From NCBI GenBank assembly GCA_964291655.2, contig OZ219802.1:864001-928000 (forward strand): DNA of 64,000 bases, read 5' to 3'. The position numbers and the translations under genes were made by a program. This document shows, piece after piece, positions 20,759-31,367 of this stretch. The DNA is from Chloroflexota bacterium (GTDB lineage Bacteria; Chloroflexota; UBA11872; VXOZ01). The notes under the pieces are model-generated. The model had not been told where the DNA came from. It worked only from the letters and a program-made list of their open reading frames with translations, and made no database searches. Every line of letters begins with the position of its first letter. Within the stretch, counting starts at the first letter, position 1.

Positions 20759-21484
20759 GTGCTTCCTATGAACGTAAACCACGTCGACCGTCCTACTGTC
20801 GATTCGGAGCAGCTTGGGTTTCCGCCCTATTTCGAGAAAGTGGCCCTCTTCATAGACCTAGGAAACCTGTATTTTGCGGCCCGCAAGCTAAGCATCCGCG
20901 TCGACTACACGCGTATGGTGGACGTCCTGACAAAGCGCCGGCGTTTGTTGCGTTCCTTCGCCTATGCGGGCGTGGACCCGCAAAACCCCGAGTCCCAAGG
21001 GTATTTAACATGGATGAAGCGCCACGGTTTTCGGGTAGTTACCAAACACCTTCGCCGCTTCCCTGACGGTACCGTCAAGGCGAACCTCGACGTGGAACTC
21101 GCTATCGACATGCTCATGATTGCGCCGCACATCGATACGGCGGTACTCGTTTCAGGTGACGGAGACTTTGTCCGGCTGGTGGAAGCAGTTCAGTTCAAGG
21201 GAGTGCGTGTCGAAGTCGTTGGACTAGCAGAAATGACGGCAATTGCGCTCATTGACGTTGCGGATACTTTCACGGAATTGTCTGAGTTGGTGCCAAGCAT
21301 TCAGATGGCCGTGCCACCAAACGGTACGCGCACACCCGCACCTGAAAGCACTGTGCCCTCGACGCTGGCGCACGACGGTTCTGACTCCTACGTCTCCTAT
21401 AGCACACCAAGTGAAACGCCGGAAGAAGCCTCCGACCGGAAAGGCGGCCACTACTACCCGCGGCCTCACAATGAGGGGAAGTGA
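20759..21484 (+). CDS. NYN domain (LabA/DUF88, PIN-like) protein
   Basis: ALFIDLGNL, KANLDVELAID, LVSGDGDF..GVRVEV. Confidence 0.93.
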   Translation: MLPMNVNHVDRPTVDSEQLGFPPYFEKVALFIDLGNLYFAARKLSIRVDYTRMVDVLTKRRRLLRSFAYAGVDPQNPESQGYLTWMKRHGFRVVTKHLRRFPDGTVKANLDVELAIDMLMIAPHIDTAVLVSGDGDFVRLVEAVQFKGVRVEVVGLAEMTAIALIDVADTFTELSELVPSIQMAVPPNGTRTPAPESTVPSTLAHDGSDSYVSYSTPSETPEEASDRKGGHYYPRPHNEGK

Positions 21485-21487
21485 ACA

Positions 21488-22354
21488 GTGGGTCCTCCGC
21501 TTAGCTGCGCCCCAGGGCTTTGGAAAGAAGCGCCGGCCGAGAAAATTGCAGAGGCATGCAACGCTGCTCAGTTCAAGGGCTTGGAGCAGAGAGGTTTGCG
21601 GTTGCCGGCACTGCTGGCAACTCAAGACCGGTTAGCAGAGACCGGAGTCGTGCTGTCGGCACTTACGCTGCACCAACCCTGGTACGACCGCGCCATTGCG
21701 TCTACGCATCGCCCGGCCTTGCCGCAATTGCTCGATGGACTTGCCGCCCTGGAACCGGAATTCTGTATTCTTTCCGTCCCGGGCTCCAATGAGCGCATGT
21801 CCACCGCCGGTTGGCCGAACGCAATCCGCTTCGATTCACTTTCAGATAGTGAACATGCATTCCTCGTCGACACGGTACAGAGTGTGGCTGATATGATTCG
21901 CTCCGTCGGCATGCAGGTAGCGTTTCGTCCTCGACTTGCTTCCTTCATCGAGACCGAAGACGAGATGGAGCGATTCCTTGAAGATACCGAGCCGGAGCTC
22001 ATTAGCCTGGCTCTTGACTTAGGCCACCTCGCCCTCATGGAAATTGATGCCCTGGAGATCATCAAGCGACATGGAGCGCGGATTACGTATTGCTATGTGC
22101 GTGACCTCGACGAACAGCTGACAAACGACATCCACATTGGATTGCGCAGCCTGCCAAGCGCGGCAGCCGCGGGGCTCTTTGTGCCGCCGGGGCAGGGCTG
22201 CGTCCCTCTCTCCAATTTGCTGCGCCCGCTGCTTCTTGCAGAAGTCTGCCGGTGGTACACGCTTGACTTGCAGGCTGACACCACTGATCCCTGTGAGGCG
22301 CTGGACATTACGTGCGACTACATGGCGGCAACTGCTGCCGCGCAAGGAAAGTGA
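21488..22354 (+). CDS. Sugar phosphate isomerase/epimerase TIM barrel (IolE-like, degenerate)
   Basis: SFIETEDE, LALDLGHL, FVPPGQG. Confidence 0.7.
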   Translation: MGPPLSCAPGLWKEAPAEKIAEACNAAQFKGLEQRGLRLPALLATQDRLAETGVVLSALTLHQPWYDRAIASTHRPALPQLLDGLAALEPEFCILSVPGSNERMSTAGWPNAIRFDSLSDSEHAFLVDTVQSVADMIRSVGMQVAFRPRLASFIETEDEMERFLEDTEPELISLALDLGHLALMEIDALEIIKRHGARITYCYVRDLDEQLTNDIHIGLRSLPSAAAAGLFVPPGQGCVPLSNLLRPLLLAEVCRWYTLDLQADTTDPCEALDITCDYMAATAAAQGK

Positions 22355-22369
22355 GGTACGGCGGAACTA

Positions 22370-23500
22370 ATGCAACGTAGAAGCATCTTGGCGGCAGGTG
22401 CGGCCATCTTGGGTGCGGCCGCGTGCGGCCCGTTTCGCGGTGAGGATGAACCGGATATCGTGCGCACGATTCCGGAAGCACAAGTCAATCCATGGGGCGC
22501 CAACGCATTTCTCCACAAAGAGGTTGAGACCTGGAAGAAAGAGAAGACCCTCGAGATGGCTCGAGATGCCGGCATCGTGTGGATCAAGCAGCAATTTCCC
22601 TGGGAAGAAATTGAACAGAGCCAGAAGGGCGATTTCTTCGATCGGACGTGGCAAAAGCCAACGTGGCAAAAGTTCGATGAGATTGTGGATCTTGCGGAGC
22701 GGTTTGATATCAAGTTGATCGCCCGCATTGACCGCAGCCCGCGTTGGGCGCGAGCGGACGGCCAGCCGTCAGAAGCTCCTCCGGCAAACTTTGCTGACTT
22801 TGGCGACTTTCTTGCCGAACTGGCGAAGCACTACAAAGGGCGCATTTCCCACTATCAGCTCTGGAACGAACCCAACCTCGCGCATGAATGGGGCAGCCCC
22901 CCGGACCCCAAAGGCTACGTGGACCTCCTGCGCACCGGCTACCAACGCATAAAAGAGGTGGATCCCTCCATTAAGGTGTTGACAGCCCCGCTGGCCATCA
23001 CTCTGGAACGATCCCCGCGCGCCATGGTCGAGCTAGACTACCTGGAAGAAATGTATCAACACGGCGCCGCCGACTATTTCGATATCATGTCGGCGAACGC
23101 CTATGGGCTCGAGTTTCCCCCAACCGCGTTGCCCGACCCCAATGTCCTCAATTTTCGCCGCGTCGAGCTCTTGCGTGAAATAATGGTGCGAAACGGAGAC
23201 GAAGGCAAAGCGGTCTGGTTCAATGAATACGGCTGGAACGCTTCTCCTCCTGACATGGCCGACGAAAAGCTGATCTGGCGGCGCGTCGAGGAGGAAGAAC
23301 AGGCGGCGTGGACCGTTGAAGGCGTAAAGTACGGCCGCTCTAACTGGCCGTGGGCCGGCGTTTTCTGCATCTGGTACCTGCGGCAGGTAGGCGGCATTCC
23401 TCCCACTTCATCTGAATACTACTTCCGCATGGTTGACCCGGAATTCACCCCAAGACTGGTCTACAATGAGGTGAAAGACAACTCCAAGAAGATCAAGTAA
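22370..23500 (+). CDS. Glycoside hydrolase clan A (GH5/GH39-like) Tat lipoprotein
   Basis: QRRSIL...AAAC; QLWNEPN acid/base and VWFNEYGW nucleophile motifs. Confidence 0.85.
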   Translation: MQRRSILAAGAAILGAAACGPFRGEDEPDIVRTIPEAQVNPWGANAFLHKEVETWKKEKTLEMARDAGIVWIKQQFPWEEIEQSQKGDFFDRTWQKPTWQKFDEIVDLAERFDIKLIARIDRSPRWARADGQPSEAPPANFADFGDFLAELAKHYKGRISHYQLWNEPNLAHEWGSPPDPKGYVDLLRTGYQRIKEVDPSIKVLTAPLAITLERSPRAMVELDYLEEMYQHGAADYFDIMSANAYGLEFPPTALPDPNVLNFRRVELLREIMVRNGDEGKAVWFNEYGWNASPPDMADEKLIWRRVEEEEQAAWTVEGVKYGRSNWPWAGVFCIWYLRQVGGIPPTSSEYYFRMVDPEFTPRLVYNEVKDNSKKIK

Positions 23501-23750
23501 CCTCACTATGGCTTGGCTTCCCCGGGGCCTTGCCTGCCACAAATCGATGTCGCTGACAGTCTGCCGAAAGAGCGCGACGACGCATACGACAGGCGTCAGT
23601 TTGTACCCCCTCAGTTCGCGACTTCACCAGGTATGCGAGAGAATCTGATTGTGCCCACTGTTGCTTCTCACCCGGTACGCTATACTAGCAGCATTAGCCG
23701 TAAGACTGGAGAAGCAGACAGATTGCCTGCGTAGCGTAGGGAAAAGAGCC

Positions 23751-25055
23751 ATGGACACCAAACAGAAGTACGAAAAATACGTCGTCACGAGCCACGCGCC
23801 CGCGATGCCGCCCGTTGAGGTCTCCCATGCCCTAGGGGCCACGATTACGGCCGCGGACGGTACAGCGTATTTGGATGGATTCGCAGGCTACTCCGTGGTG
23901 AATGCCGGGCACAGCAATCCCGAGGTCCTCGCCGCCGCCAAGAGCACCATGGACCGCCACGTGCACGTGGGGAGCTACCTTTACTATGCTCCCGCGGTGG
24001 CCGATCTCGCAGAAAAGCTGGCAGAAATTACACCGGGTCGGCTGGAGCAGTCGTTCTTTGGCAACAGCGGCGCTGAAGCCGTTGAAGGCGCGCTCCGCAT
24101 CGCCAAGACATATACCGACCGCACCGAGTTTATTTCCCTGCAGTACTCATTCCATGGCCGCACCCTTGGCACGCTAAGCCTCGGCGGCAACGCCCGCCGC
24201 AAACGCCGCGCCGGGCCGCTGACATCGGGTGTTGCTATCGCACCGGCGCCGTACTGCTATCGCTGCCCGCTCCACCTCACCTACCCTTCCTGCAACGTGG
24301 CTTGCGCCGATGAAGTCGAACGGGTATTCGAGACCCAGACCACCGGCAATGTCGCCGCCATGATTGCGGAGCCGGTGATGGGAGAAGCCGGCATTATCGT
24401 GCCGCCGCCTGAGTACTTTCCAAAAGCAAAGCGCATCGTCGAGCAGAACGATGCCCTCTTCATCGCCGACGAAGTTCAGACGAGCTTTGGACGCACAGGA
24501 TCGATGTTTGCCAGCGAAGACATTGGTGTTGAGCCGGACATCCTCACCTCGGCCAAAGGCATAGCCAATGGTTTTCCGCTCAGCGCCTTTACGACGCGGC
24601 GGGAAATCGGCGAATCATTCTTGCCCGGCGACCACTTCAGCACATTTGGCGGCAACCTCGTGTCGGCGGCAGCAGCCATAGCAACTATCGATTTCCTGGA
24701 ACGCGAAGACCTGCCCGCGCACGCAGAGTATGTTGGACGACACGTGCTGGACGCTCTTGCGACGATTCGCGACGACCATCCCCTGATTGGCGATGTCCGC
24801 GGCAAGGGACTCATGATCGGGCTCGAACTCGTGACCGACCGCGAAACCAAGAATCCCGCGCCGGACGAGGCAAAGCAAGTACAAGAAGAGTGCCGGAGAG
24901 CGGGCCTCCTCATTGGTTGCGGCGGATTCTATGGGAATGTCTTGCGCTTCCAGCCGCCTCTCATAATCACGCTGGCGCAAGCCGATCGCGCCCTCGACAT
25001 TCTCGATAGTGCCCTGTCGGCTGTGGAAGAGTCTGCCGCAGTGCTCACCACATAG
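23751..25055 (+). CDS. Class III PLP aminotransferase (GabT/AGXT2-like)
   Basis: NSGAEAVE, SFHGRT, FIADEVQTSFGRTG, SAKGIANG, STFGGN. Confidence 0.93.
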   Translation: MDTKQKYEKYVVTSHAPAMPPVEVSHALGATITAADGTAYLDGFAGYSVVNAGHSNPEVLAAAKSTMDRHVHVGSYLYYAPAVADLAEKLAEITPGRLEQSFFGNSGAEAVEGALRIAKTYTDRTEFISLQYSFHGRTLGTLSLGGNARRKRRAGPLTSGVAIAPAPYCYRCPLHLTYPSCNVACADEVERVFETQTTGNVAAMIAEPVMGEAGIIVPPPEYFPKAKRIVEQNDALFIADEVQTSFGRTGSMFASEDIGVEPDILTSAKGIANGFPLSAFTTRREIGESFLPGDHFSTFGGNLVSAAAAIATIDFLEREDLPAHAEYVGRHVLDALATIRDDHPLIGDVRGKGLMIGLELVTDRETKNPAPDEAKQVQEECRRAGLLIGCGGFYGNVLRFQPPLIITLAQADRALDILDSALSAVEESAAVLTT

Positions 25056-25276
25056 TGAGCGGCGAGCGGTCCAACACACCGGAGACGAATGCTGTCACGT
25101 AGTTACGTGGGTTGCTGCCCTTGCACTCGTGTTCCGGCCAAATTGATTCACGCCTGTCCCGACCCAGATCATACGCCGTACGACCGTACGCCCACACAGA
25201 CTCCCGCAAAACGATATAAGATGGAATAAGGAGCCCATACGGCTGCAAATATCAACCTGGGAACTGGTGCACAGCG

Positions 25277-25915
25277 ATGAAGCACATCCTGCTCCTTGGC
25301 GGACCTAACCCGGCGCATCAGCCGAGGGACGTAGCCGCGTATATTGCAGACCACCTAGAGATGACTGGCGAGTTCAAAGTTTCGTTGACTGAGGACGCCA
25401 ACATCCTCGAAACTTCTGCCGTCGACGCCTACGATGCGATCTTGCTTTATCTCAACACAAAGGATGCGCGCTGGCCGCAAGCCAGAGAAGCGGCGTTTCG
25501 CAAGGCGTTGTCGCGGGGAAAAGGGTTGCTGGTCCTGCACGCGGGTGTCTTGAGCTTTCGCGGCTGGGAAGACTACACGCAACTCATCGGCGGCTCACCC
25601 TCGCCCGATTTCTACCATCCGCCCTATGGCCCATTCGCCGTGCAAATTGACGACTCCGCCCACCCTATTACGGCCCGCATGGTGGACTTTGCCGTGCGTG
25701 ACGAACTTTACGCCAACATACAACTGACGCCTGAGGCGCATCTTCTTGCCCACGCCACACTGAATGGGAACGTGCAGCCTCTCCTGTGGGTGGTCGAACA
25801 CCCTCAAACGCGCGTGTGCACACTTCTCTTGGGACACGATCGAGCTGCTTTGCAGTATCCGGGCGCGTCAACACTCTTGCGGCGCGGCGTGGCCTGGGTA
25901 GCCGGCGCATTGTAA
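25277..25915 (+). CDS. ThuA domain protein
   Basis: GKGLLVLH, HPPY, HPIT..F..RDELY, LGH. Confidence 0.85.
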   Translation: MKHILLLGGPNPAHQPRDVAAYIADHLEMTGEFKVSLTEDANILETSAVDAYDAILLYLNTKDARWPQAREAAFRKALSRGKGLLVLHAGVLSFRGWEDYTQLIGGSPSPDFYHPPYGPFAVQIDDSAHPITARMVDFAVRDELYANIQLTPEAHLLAHATLNGNVQPLLWVVEHPQTRVCTLLLGHDRAALQYPGASTLLRRGVAWVAGAL

Positions 25916-25961
25916 TCAGCAAGCAATTCCTGCCTCCACTTGGGAGAGTAAAGCAACACCG

Positions 25962-28352
25962 GTGACAACCTTAGGGTACATACTGCTTTGGTGGCTTGCG
26001 GTGCAAGTCATCTGCCTGGTGACATTTCCTCTTACCTGGCTGCTCTTCCGACACATGCCAATTGGCGGATACCCGTTCGCAAAGACCCTTGGCATTCTTC
26101 TCTTCGGCTTCGTCGGTTGGCTTCTGATGTCGCTGCGAATCTTGCCGAATACACTGTGGGCGCTCATCGTCGTCCTCGTCCTCCTCAGCGCACTTTCGGC
26201 GGTCATTGTGCGCCGCTCCCATTGGCGCTGGCAAGACGTACGTGAGGCCGTTGGGCATCAGTTGTATGTCGTAGAAGTCCTGTTCTTCGTACTCCTGTGT
26301 GGATACGCGGTACTGCGTCAATATGCCCCCGAACTTATGGGCACCGAGAAGTTCATGGACTTCATGATGGTGAATAGCATCCTCCAATCGTCCTCTTTCC
26401 CTCCCCACGATGCCTGGGCCGCGGGACTTACCATCAACTACTACTACTTCGGCTACCTCATGGTGGCGTTTCTCACCCGACTCACACTTATTCCCTCAGC
26501 GATCACCTACAATTTAGCGCTGGCGCTCTTCTTTGCCCTGAGTGGACTGGGTGCCTACGGCATAGGCTACAGCCTGGTTAAGTTTTTCCAAGCTGCAGGT
26601 GGGATCGTCGAGCCGCGCAAAGGAACGCTCACCGGTCTCTTTGCCGTATTCCTGCTCCTCTTCATCGGAAATCTCTTCACTATCTGGAAAGCCTTGACCG
26701 AGCCGGAAATACTCCGTCAAGGGTTTTGGTTCGGCATAGGCTGGAATGCCACCCGTGTGGTCCAACGCGTGGAAGGCGATACGCTGCTTGACTACACGAT
26801 CAATGAATTCCCGGCATTCAGCTTCATCTTGGGCGACATGCATCCGCACGTCATGGCGCTGCCCTTCGCCCTGCTCGCCGTCTTCACGGCGCTCACGTGG
26901 TATGCAAGACCTGACTACCCGCCTGTGCCCCTGTCATTCCCTCCAGATTGGAAATCCATCTTGGCGGTGCTTACCGTCGCGAGAGTCAGCCGTGTCGTGC
27001 TCAGTGCAATCATCTTCGGCGGTCTATACTTCCTGAATTCGTGGGACTTTCCCACCTACTTTGTACTGCTAACAGCGTTCGTACTTCTTTCGCTTCGCGC
27101 TAGAGGCGAATGGACGCAGTGGAGAAACGCGCTCATTTGGATAGGCGCCACCGGTGTTTTGGCCGTGGTACTCTATGCACCGTTCTACCTCACCTTTGAT
27201 CCTCCTGCGCAGGGGATCGGCCTGGTGCCCTACCGGTCAGACGTCGGCCAGTTCTTCACCTTGTTTGGCATCTTCCTGGTGCCCATAGGCGTACTCCTGA
27301 CGATAACTGGCATTCAGACCACTCTGCGGCGCATCCTGCCGGAATCCTCAGCACGTAAGTCCCAACCGCGAGGGCGGAAGGCACGACAGCAGCGCCGCCG
27401 CGCAGGCAGTGGCTCGCAGCAACCCCCCACCCCCGCACCGGAATCCAAGGCACGCAGGGAGTTTTATCTACCTTACGCGTTATGGATCCTTGGTTGGGTA
27501 GCCGTTACGTTGCTGATCGCGCGGCTCTTCGATACGGCCGCTTTGGCAATCATTGCCCTGAGCCTCGTGGCAGGGATCGGCATTCTACTCTGGTGGCGTG
27601 ACTACAGTGAACCGTTGCCCCTGGTGCTGGGTATGATCGGACTAGCCGCACTCCTCGTCCTGACGAGCGAGATACTTTATGTAAAGGATTTCTACGGCCC
27701 GCCGAATATGCGCATGAACACCGTCTTCAAGCTCTACTTTCAAGTCTGGACTCTTCTCGCGCCGGTAATGGCTTTCGCGATCTACTATGCGAGAATCTGG
27801 CTGCGGGAGAGGCAACGTCCGTTGAGTTGGGCATTTCGCGCCGTCACGATATTGCTCGTGCTCAGCGGTTTCTATTACAGCGCCCTTACTGCACCTATCT
27901 TTGCGTCATTTCAACGCGAGCCGCCGACTTTGGACGGCACCAAGTTCTACGCCCGCGATCATGCCGACGAAGTGGCGGCAATAGCGTGGTTGCAGGAGAA
28001 TGCCGCGTCAGATAGCGTGGTAGTAGAAGCTTCCGGTCAGGAATATAGTCTGTACAGCCGGGTAGCGGCGTTTACGGGATTGCAGACGGTGCTCGGGTGG
28101 CGGCAGCACGAGAACCTGTGGCGCAATGACTTCAAGCTTGTTCTCGAACGTGAGAACGATCTTCAGTTGTTCTACGTGATCGCGCCCAGAGATGGTGCGG
28201 AGGCGTTCTTGCGCAAATATGACGCTGACTATATCTTCGTAGGTGACTGGGAGCGGCAATTGTACGGCCAGGACGTGGATCACCTTCTCAACTGGTTCCC
28301 CGTCGTGTTTCAGAGCGGCGACGTGTATGTGCTGAAAGCCAATGTCAACTAA
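25962..28352 (+). CDS. DUF2298 / Chlor_Arch_YYY membrane protein (GT-C-like)
   Basis: EKFMD, INYYYFG, INEFP, GDMHPH, NSWDFP, RMNTVFK, TLDG, GW..HE..WR. Confidence 0.92.
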   Translation: MTTLGYILLWWLAVQVICLVTFPLTWLLFRHMPIGGYPFAKTLGILLFGFVGWLLMSLRILPNTLWALIVVLVLLSALSAVIVRRSHWRWQDVREAVGHQLYVVEVLFFVLLCGYAVLRQYAPELMGTEKFMDFMMVNSILQSSSFPPHDAWAAGLTINYYYFGYLMVAFLTRLTLIPSAITYNLALALFFALSGLGAYGIGYSLVKFFQAAGGIVEPRKGTLTGLFAVFLLLFIGNLFTIWKALTEPEILRQGFWFGIGWNATRVVQRVEGDTLLDYTINEFPAFSFILGDMHPHVMALPFALLAVFTALTWYARPDYPPVPLSFPPDWKSILAVLTVARVSRVVLSAIIFGGLYFLNSWDFPTYFVLLTAFVLLSLRARGEWTQWRNALIWIGATGVLAVVLYAPFYLTFDPPAQGIGLVPYRSDVGQFFTLFGIFLVPIGVLLTITGIQTTLRRILPESSARKSQPRGRKARQQRRRAGSGSQQPPTPAPESKARREFYLPYALWILGWVAVTLLIARLFDTAALAIIALSLVAGIGILLWWRDYSEPLPLVLGMIGLAALLVLTSEILYVKDFYGPPNMRMNTVFKLYFQVWTLLAPVMAFAIYYARIWLRERQRPLSWAFRAVTILLVLSGFYYSALTAPIFASFQREPPTLDGTKFYARDHADEVAAIAWLQENAASDSVVVEASGQEYSLYSRVAAFTGLQTVLGWRQHENLWRNDFKLVLERENDLQLFYVIAPRDGAEAFLRKYDADYIFVGDWERQLYGQDVDHLLNWFPVVFQSGDVYVLKANVN

Positions 28353-30102
28353 GAAAGCAGCCCCAACCGGGGCGCAAGCGAATCCGAGCAAGTCTCGATC
28401 ACGCAAATCACCCTCGCCTCCGGAAGACCCGGTTACTGCTGACTGGCCGGCCATCGCGACGTGGCTGCGCGCCGAAACCCCATTCGGACTCTGCCGCTGG
28501 CAATTGCTCGTTTTTCTCGCGGTGCTGGTGTTTGTCGTCTTCACTCGCTTTTGGGATCTGGGCACGCGCGCCTTGCACCATGACGAGAGCATGCATGCCC
28601 GCTTTGCGTGGGACATCTACCGCTCATTCGATTACCGCTACAATCCGGTGTTGCACGGGCCGTTCCAGTTTTACTTCACCGCCTTCATGTTCTTCCTCTT
28701 TGGCGTTAGCGACGCCGTAGCGCGCTTTGGACCGGCACTCTTTGGCGTGATCTCCGTGCTGCTGGTCTTCCCCCTTAAGCCTTATCTGGGACGGGGCGGC
28801 ATGGTGCTCGCCGCGGTACTCCTGGCAATTTCGCCACCGTTGCTCTACTTTTCACGATTTGCGCGCAATGACATCTACGTGGTGGCATGGACGATGCTCA
28901 TCCTGCTGGCGCTCTTTGGGTGGCTGCATACCAGAAACCGAGGGTACATCTATCTAGGAGCCAGCGCGGTGGCGCTCTCATTGGCCACCAAGGAAAACAC
29001 CTACATTACGGTGGCGATCTTTGTAGCCTTCATCGTGGTCCGCTTCTTGCAAGAGCAGTTTACGCCCGGTCTTGCCGGACGCCTGCCCAGCCATGAATCA
29101 GTGAAGAGCGCGCTCGCCGATCTGTGGAGCGATTGGCGGCTGCTTATTGCCGGAATTGTGACGTTTCTCTTGGTGTTCGTTACCTTCTTTACCGCGTTTT
29201 ATACGCATCCCCAGGACTTCGCAAGCGGCGTAATCAAGGCGCTTGAGTACTGGCTGGCCCAACAAGACGTGAGCCGGGGCAACCAACCTATTTGGTACTA
29301 CTTCATGCAGGTGCCCCTCTATGAACTCATCGTGGCGATATTTGCGCTGCCGGCGCTCTGGTTTCTCGCGCGCCGAGGGAGCCTGACGGATCGCTTCCTT
29401 TGCTTCTGGTTCGTGGGAGCAGTCGTGCTCTATTCCCTTGCCGGCGAGCGCATGCCCTGGCTCGTGCTGCACCTTTCGCTGCCAGGTATCTTGTTGGTCT
29501 CACGATTCCTGGGACAGAAGTTCGCCGAGCCCAATGGCATACGCCGGCATCGCGTTGCACTCACTCTCTTTCTCCTTATTGGCGTCTACGCCTTGCATAC
29601 CGGCCTGCCACTGGCATTTGCGCATGGCGATACGCCGCGCGACTTGCTGGTGTACGTGCAGACGACCCCAGACGTACCATTCGTGGCAGCGCAGATTGAG
29701 CAGATGTCTCGCAAGCTCACAACCAACACTGAAATCGTCGGCCTTGTAGACAATGAAGATTCCTGGCCGTTTGCGTGGTATCTCCGCGACTATAAGAACG
29801 TAGGCTACATATCCAAGATCGGCGATCCGGGCGAGGCGGCATTCGTGATCGTGACTGCCAGCGAGGTCGATAACGCGCGCGAGCACCTCAGCAATTACGT
29901 ACCGTTCCGCTATAAATTGCGCTGGTGGTTTCCTGAAGACCTCTACCGCGAGCTACGCCCGACGTTCATATTGGACTTCATCACCAATGACACGACCCGC
30001 AGCAACTTCACGGCGTGGCTGGTAAGCCGCAAAATGCCCAAACCCATCGGCTCGCAGGACTTCTACTTCTTCGTACGGGGCGATCTGGTACAACTCCTCT
30101 AG
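28342..30102 (+). CDS. TIGR03663 / Agl23-like GT-C membrane glycosyltransferase
   Basis: LHHDESMH, YRYNPVLHGP, YFSRFARND, ATKEN, ERMPW, LVYVQT, WPFAWYLR. Confidence 0.9.
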   Translation: MSTKKAAPTGAQANPSKSRSRKSPSPPEDPVTADWPAIATWLRAETPFGLCRWQLLVFLAVLVFVVFTRFWDLGTRALHHDESMHARFAWDIYRSFDYRYNPVLHGPFQFYFTAFMFFLFGVSDAVARFGPALFGVISVLLVFPLKPYLGRGGMVLAAVLLAISPPLLYFSRFARNDIYVVAWTMLILLALFGWLHTRNRGYIYLGASAVALSLATKENTYITVAIFVAFIVVRFLQEQFTPGLAGRLPSHESVKSALADLWSDWRLLIAGIVTFLLVFVTFFTAFYTHPQDFASGVIKALEYWLAQQDVSRGNQPIWYYFMQVPLYELIVAIFALPALWFLARRGSLTDRFLCFWFVGAVVLYSLAGERMPWLVLHLSLPGILLVSRFLGQKFAEPNGIRRHRVALTLFLLIGVYALHTGLPLAFAHGDTPRDLLVYVQTTPDVPFVAAQIEQMSRKLTTNTEIVGLVDNEDSWPFAWYLRDYKNVGYISKIGDPGEAAFVIVTASEVDNAREHLSNYVPFRYKLRWWFPEDLYRELRPTFILDFITNDTTRSNFTAWLVSRKMPKPIGSQDFYFFVRGDLVQLL

Positions 30103-30314
30103 ACTTCACAGGAAGGCTTTCCGTCATCCTGGTGCATGAGAATGACCTGGATTACGAGTGTTCCCCCTCACCCCGTATCGTGAACGGGGAAAAGCCTCAC
30201 CCTCTTCCACCGGAAACTCCCGTATCTCAGGGGCACGGGTCAAGCTCCTCGGCAAGCTCAGAGCAGGCTTTGCGTAACATCGGCCGGAGGCGAAAGGATT
30301 ACTCTCTCTCCCTG

Positions 30315-30456
30315 GGAGACCGTCTCAGAATTACATCGCTCCGTGTAGACTTGCCCTTCGACAGGCTCAGGGCGAACGTAACAGGCAATAATCCGTTCGT
30401 GCTGAGCTTGTCGAAACACGGTTAGGCTTATCGAATCGACTTATGAGAAAGCTTCC
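30315..30456. mobile_element. MITE (family B) in a REP loop; carries an inverted pair of CTGAGCYTGTCGAA hairpins
   Basis: Imperfect TIR GGAGACCGTCTCAG / TGAGAAAGCTTCC, flanked by ctctctccc-TG ... TG-gggagagag; inverted homologue at 32540-32736. Confidence 0.7.
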
Positions 30457-30489
30457 TGGGGAGAGAGTATTCTTGCCAATTCAGTTTCC

Positions 30490-30650
30490 CTTCCCTGAGG
30501 AGACCTGTGCGTTAACTGCGCGAAACCGGTGAGAATGGGCTGGATTGCCGAGAACTCACCCTCACCCTTGCTTACTCCCGGCGTAAAGGGGAACTCTTTC
30601 TCAGCTTTGAGGACGTTGCGCCGGTCTCCAGAGGGCCGGATTGGGGGGAT
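30490..30650. mobile_element. Degenerate GGAGACC-ended MITE inside a REP
   Basis: ccc-tga-ggagacctgtgcg ... cgccggtctcc-aga-ggg with a decayed internal CCCTCACCC REP. Confidence 0.45.
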
Positions 30651-30784
30651 CCGCGTACATGCGGCTGTGGGAAGCCCTTCAGAATGCCCCTAACTCTATC
30701 GCGCCAGCGTCAGAGGTTGTTCCTTCACAGGAAAGACACCCAGGCGGCAATTTATGGAATGGGATACCGGCATGTAGCAGCTTG

Positions 30785-31363
30785 TTAGGACTGGTTCGGG
30801 AGTTTCGGCTCGCCAGATTCACCCGCATTGAATTGCATTCGCAGGGAAAGCACTGCCGAGCTGGCGAATACAGACGCGCCCAACACCGCGCCGACGACCG
30901 GCGCGAGAATTGCAAGCAGTCCCGTGATCAATGCCGCGCTGTCCAACGAAAGGCTGGCGAGAAAATACCCCATCCCCGCCATTTTGTCGGCAAGCTGGCG
31001 GCGTAAGCGGACGCGGAAAAAGTGACTGGCGTGAGCAACTACAATTGCCACCACCACCCAAAGCAACACGCTAGTGTCCGTCGAGCCGATGAGGCTAAGC
31101 ACGATCATGGCTGCGCTGAGGGGTCGGGCGACCAAGCCGGTCAGTGCTTCCGTACGCCTCCAGCGCGGATGCTTGTCGGCAAACACCTGTACCCCGGCAA
31201 GTACAAACAGGACGCCAATAGTGGCAGTGTGGGACAGGAATGCGAAGGGAGCATGCAGCAGAATGTCTACGTTGTCGGACCGAGCCAACACCGCCAGAAG
31301 AAACAGGGCCGCATACGGGTTCTGGCCGGCAGCAAACGTAAGTCCGATTGCGGTCCATGGCAT
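30785..31363 (-). CDS. DUF4126 membrane protein
   Basis: AAGQNPYA, FADKHP, RPLSAA. Confidence 0.75.
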   Translation of the reverse strand: MPWTAIGLTFAAGQNPYAALFLLAVLARSDNVDILLHAPFAFLSHTATIGVLFVLAGVQVFADKHPRWRRTEALTGLVARPLSAAMIVLSLIGSTDTSVLLWVVVAIVVAHASHFFRVRLRRQLADKMAGMGYFLASLSLDSAALITGLLAILAPVVGAVLGASVFASSAVLSLRMQFNAGESGEPKLPNQS

Positions 31364-31367
31364 GCTT

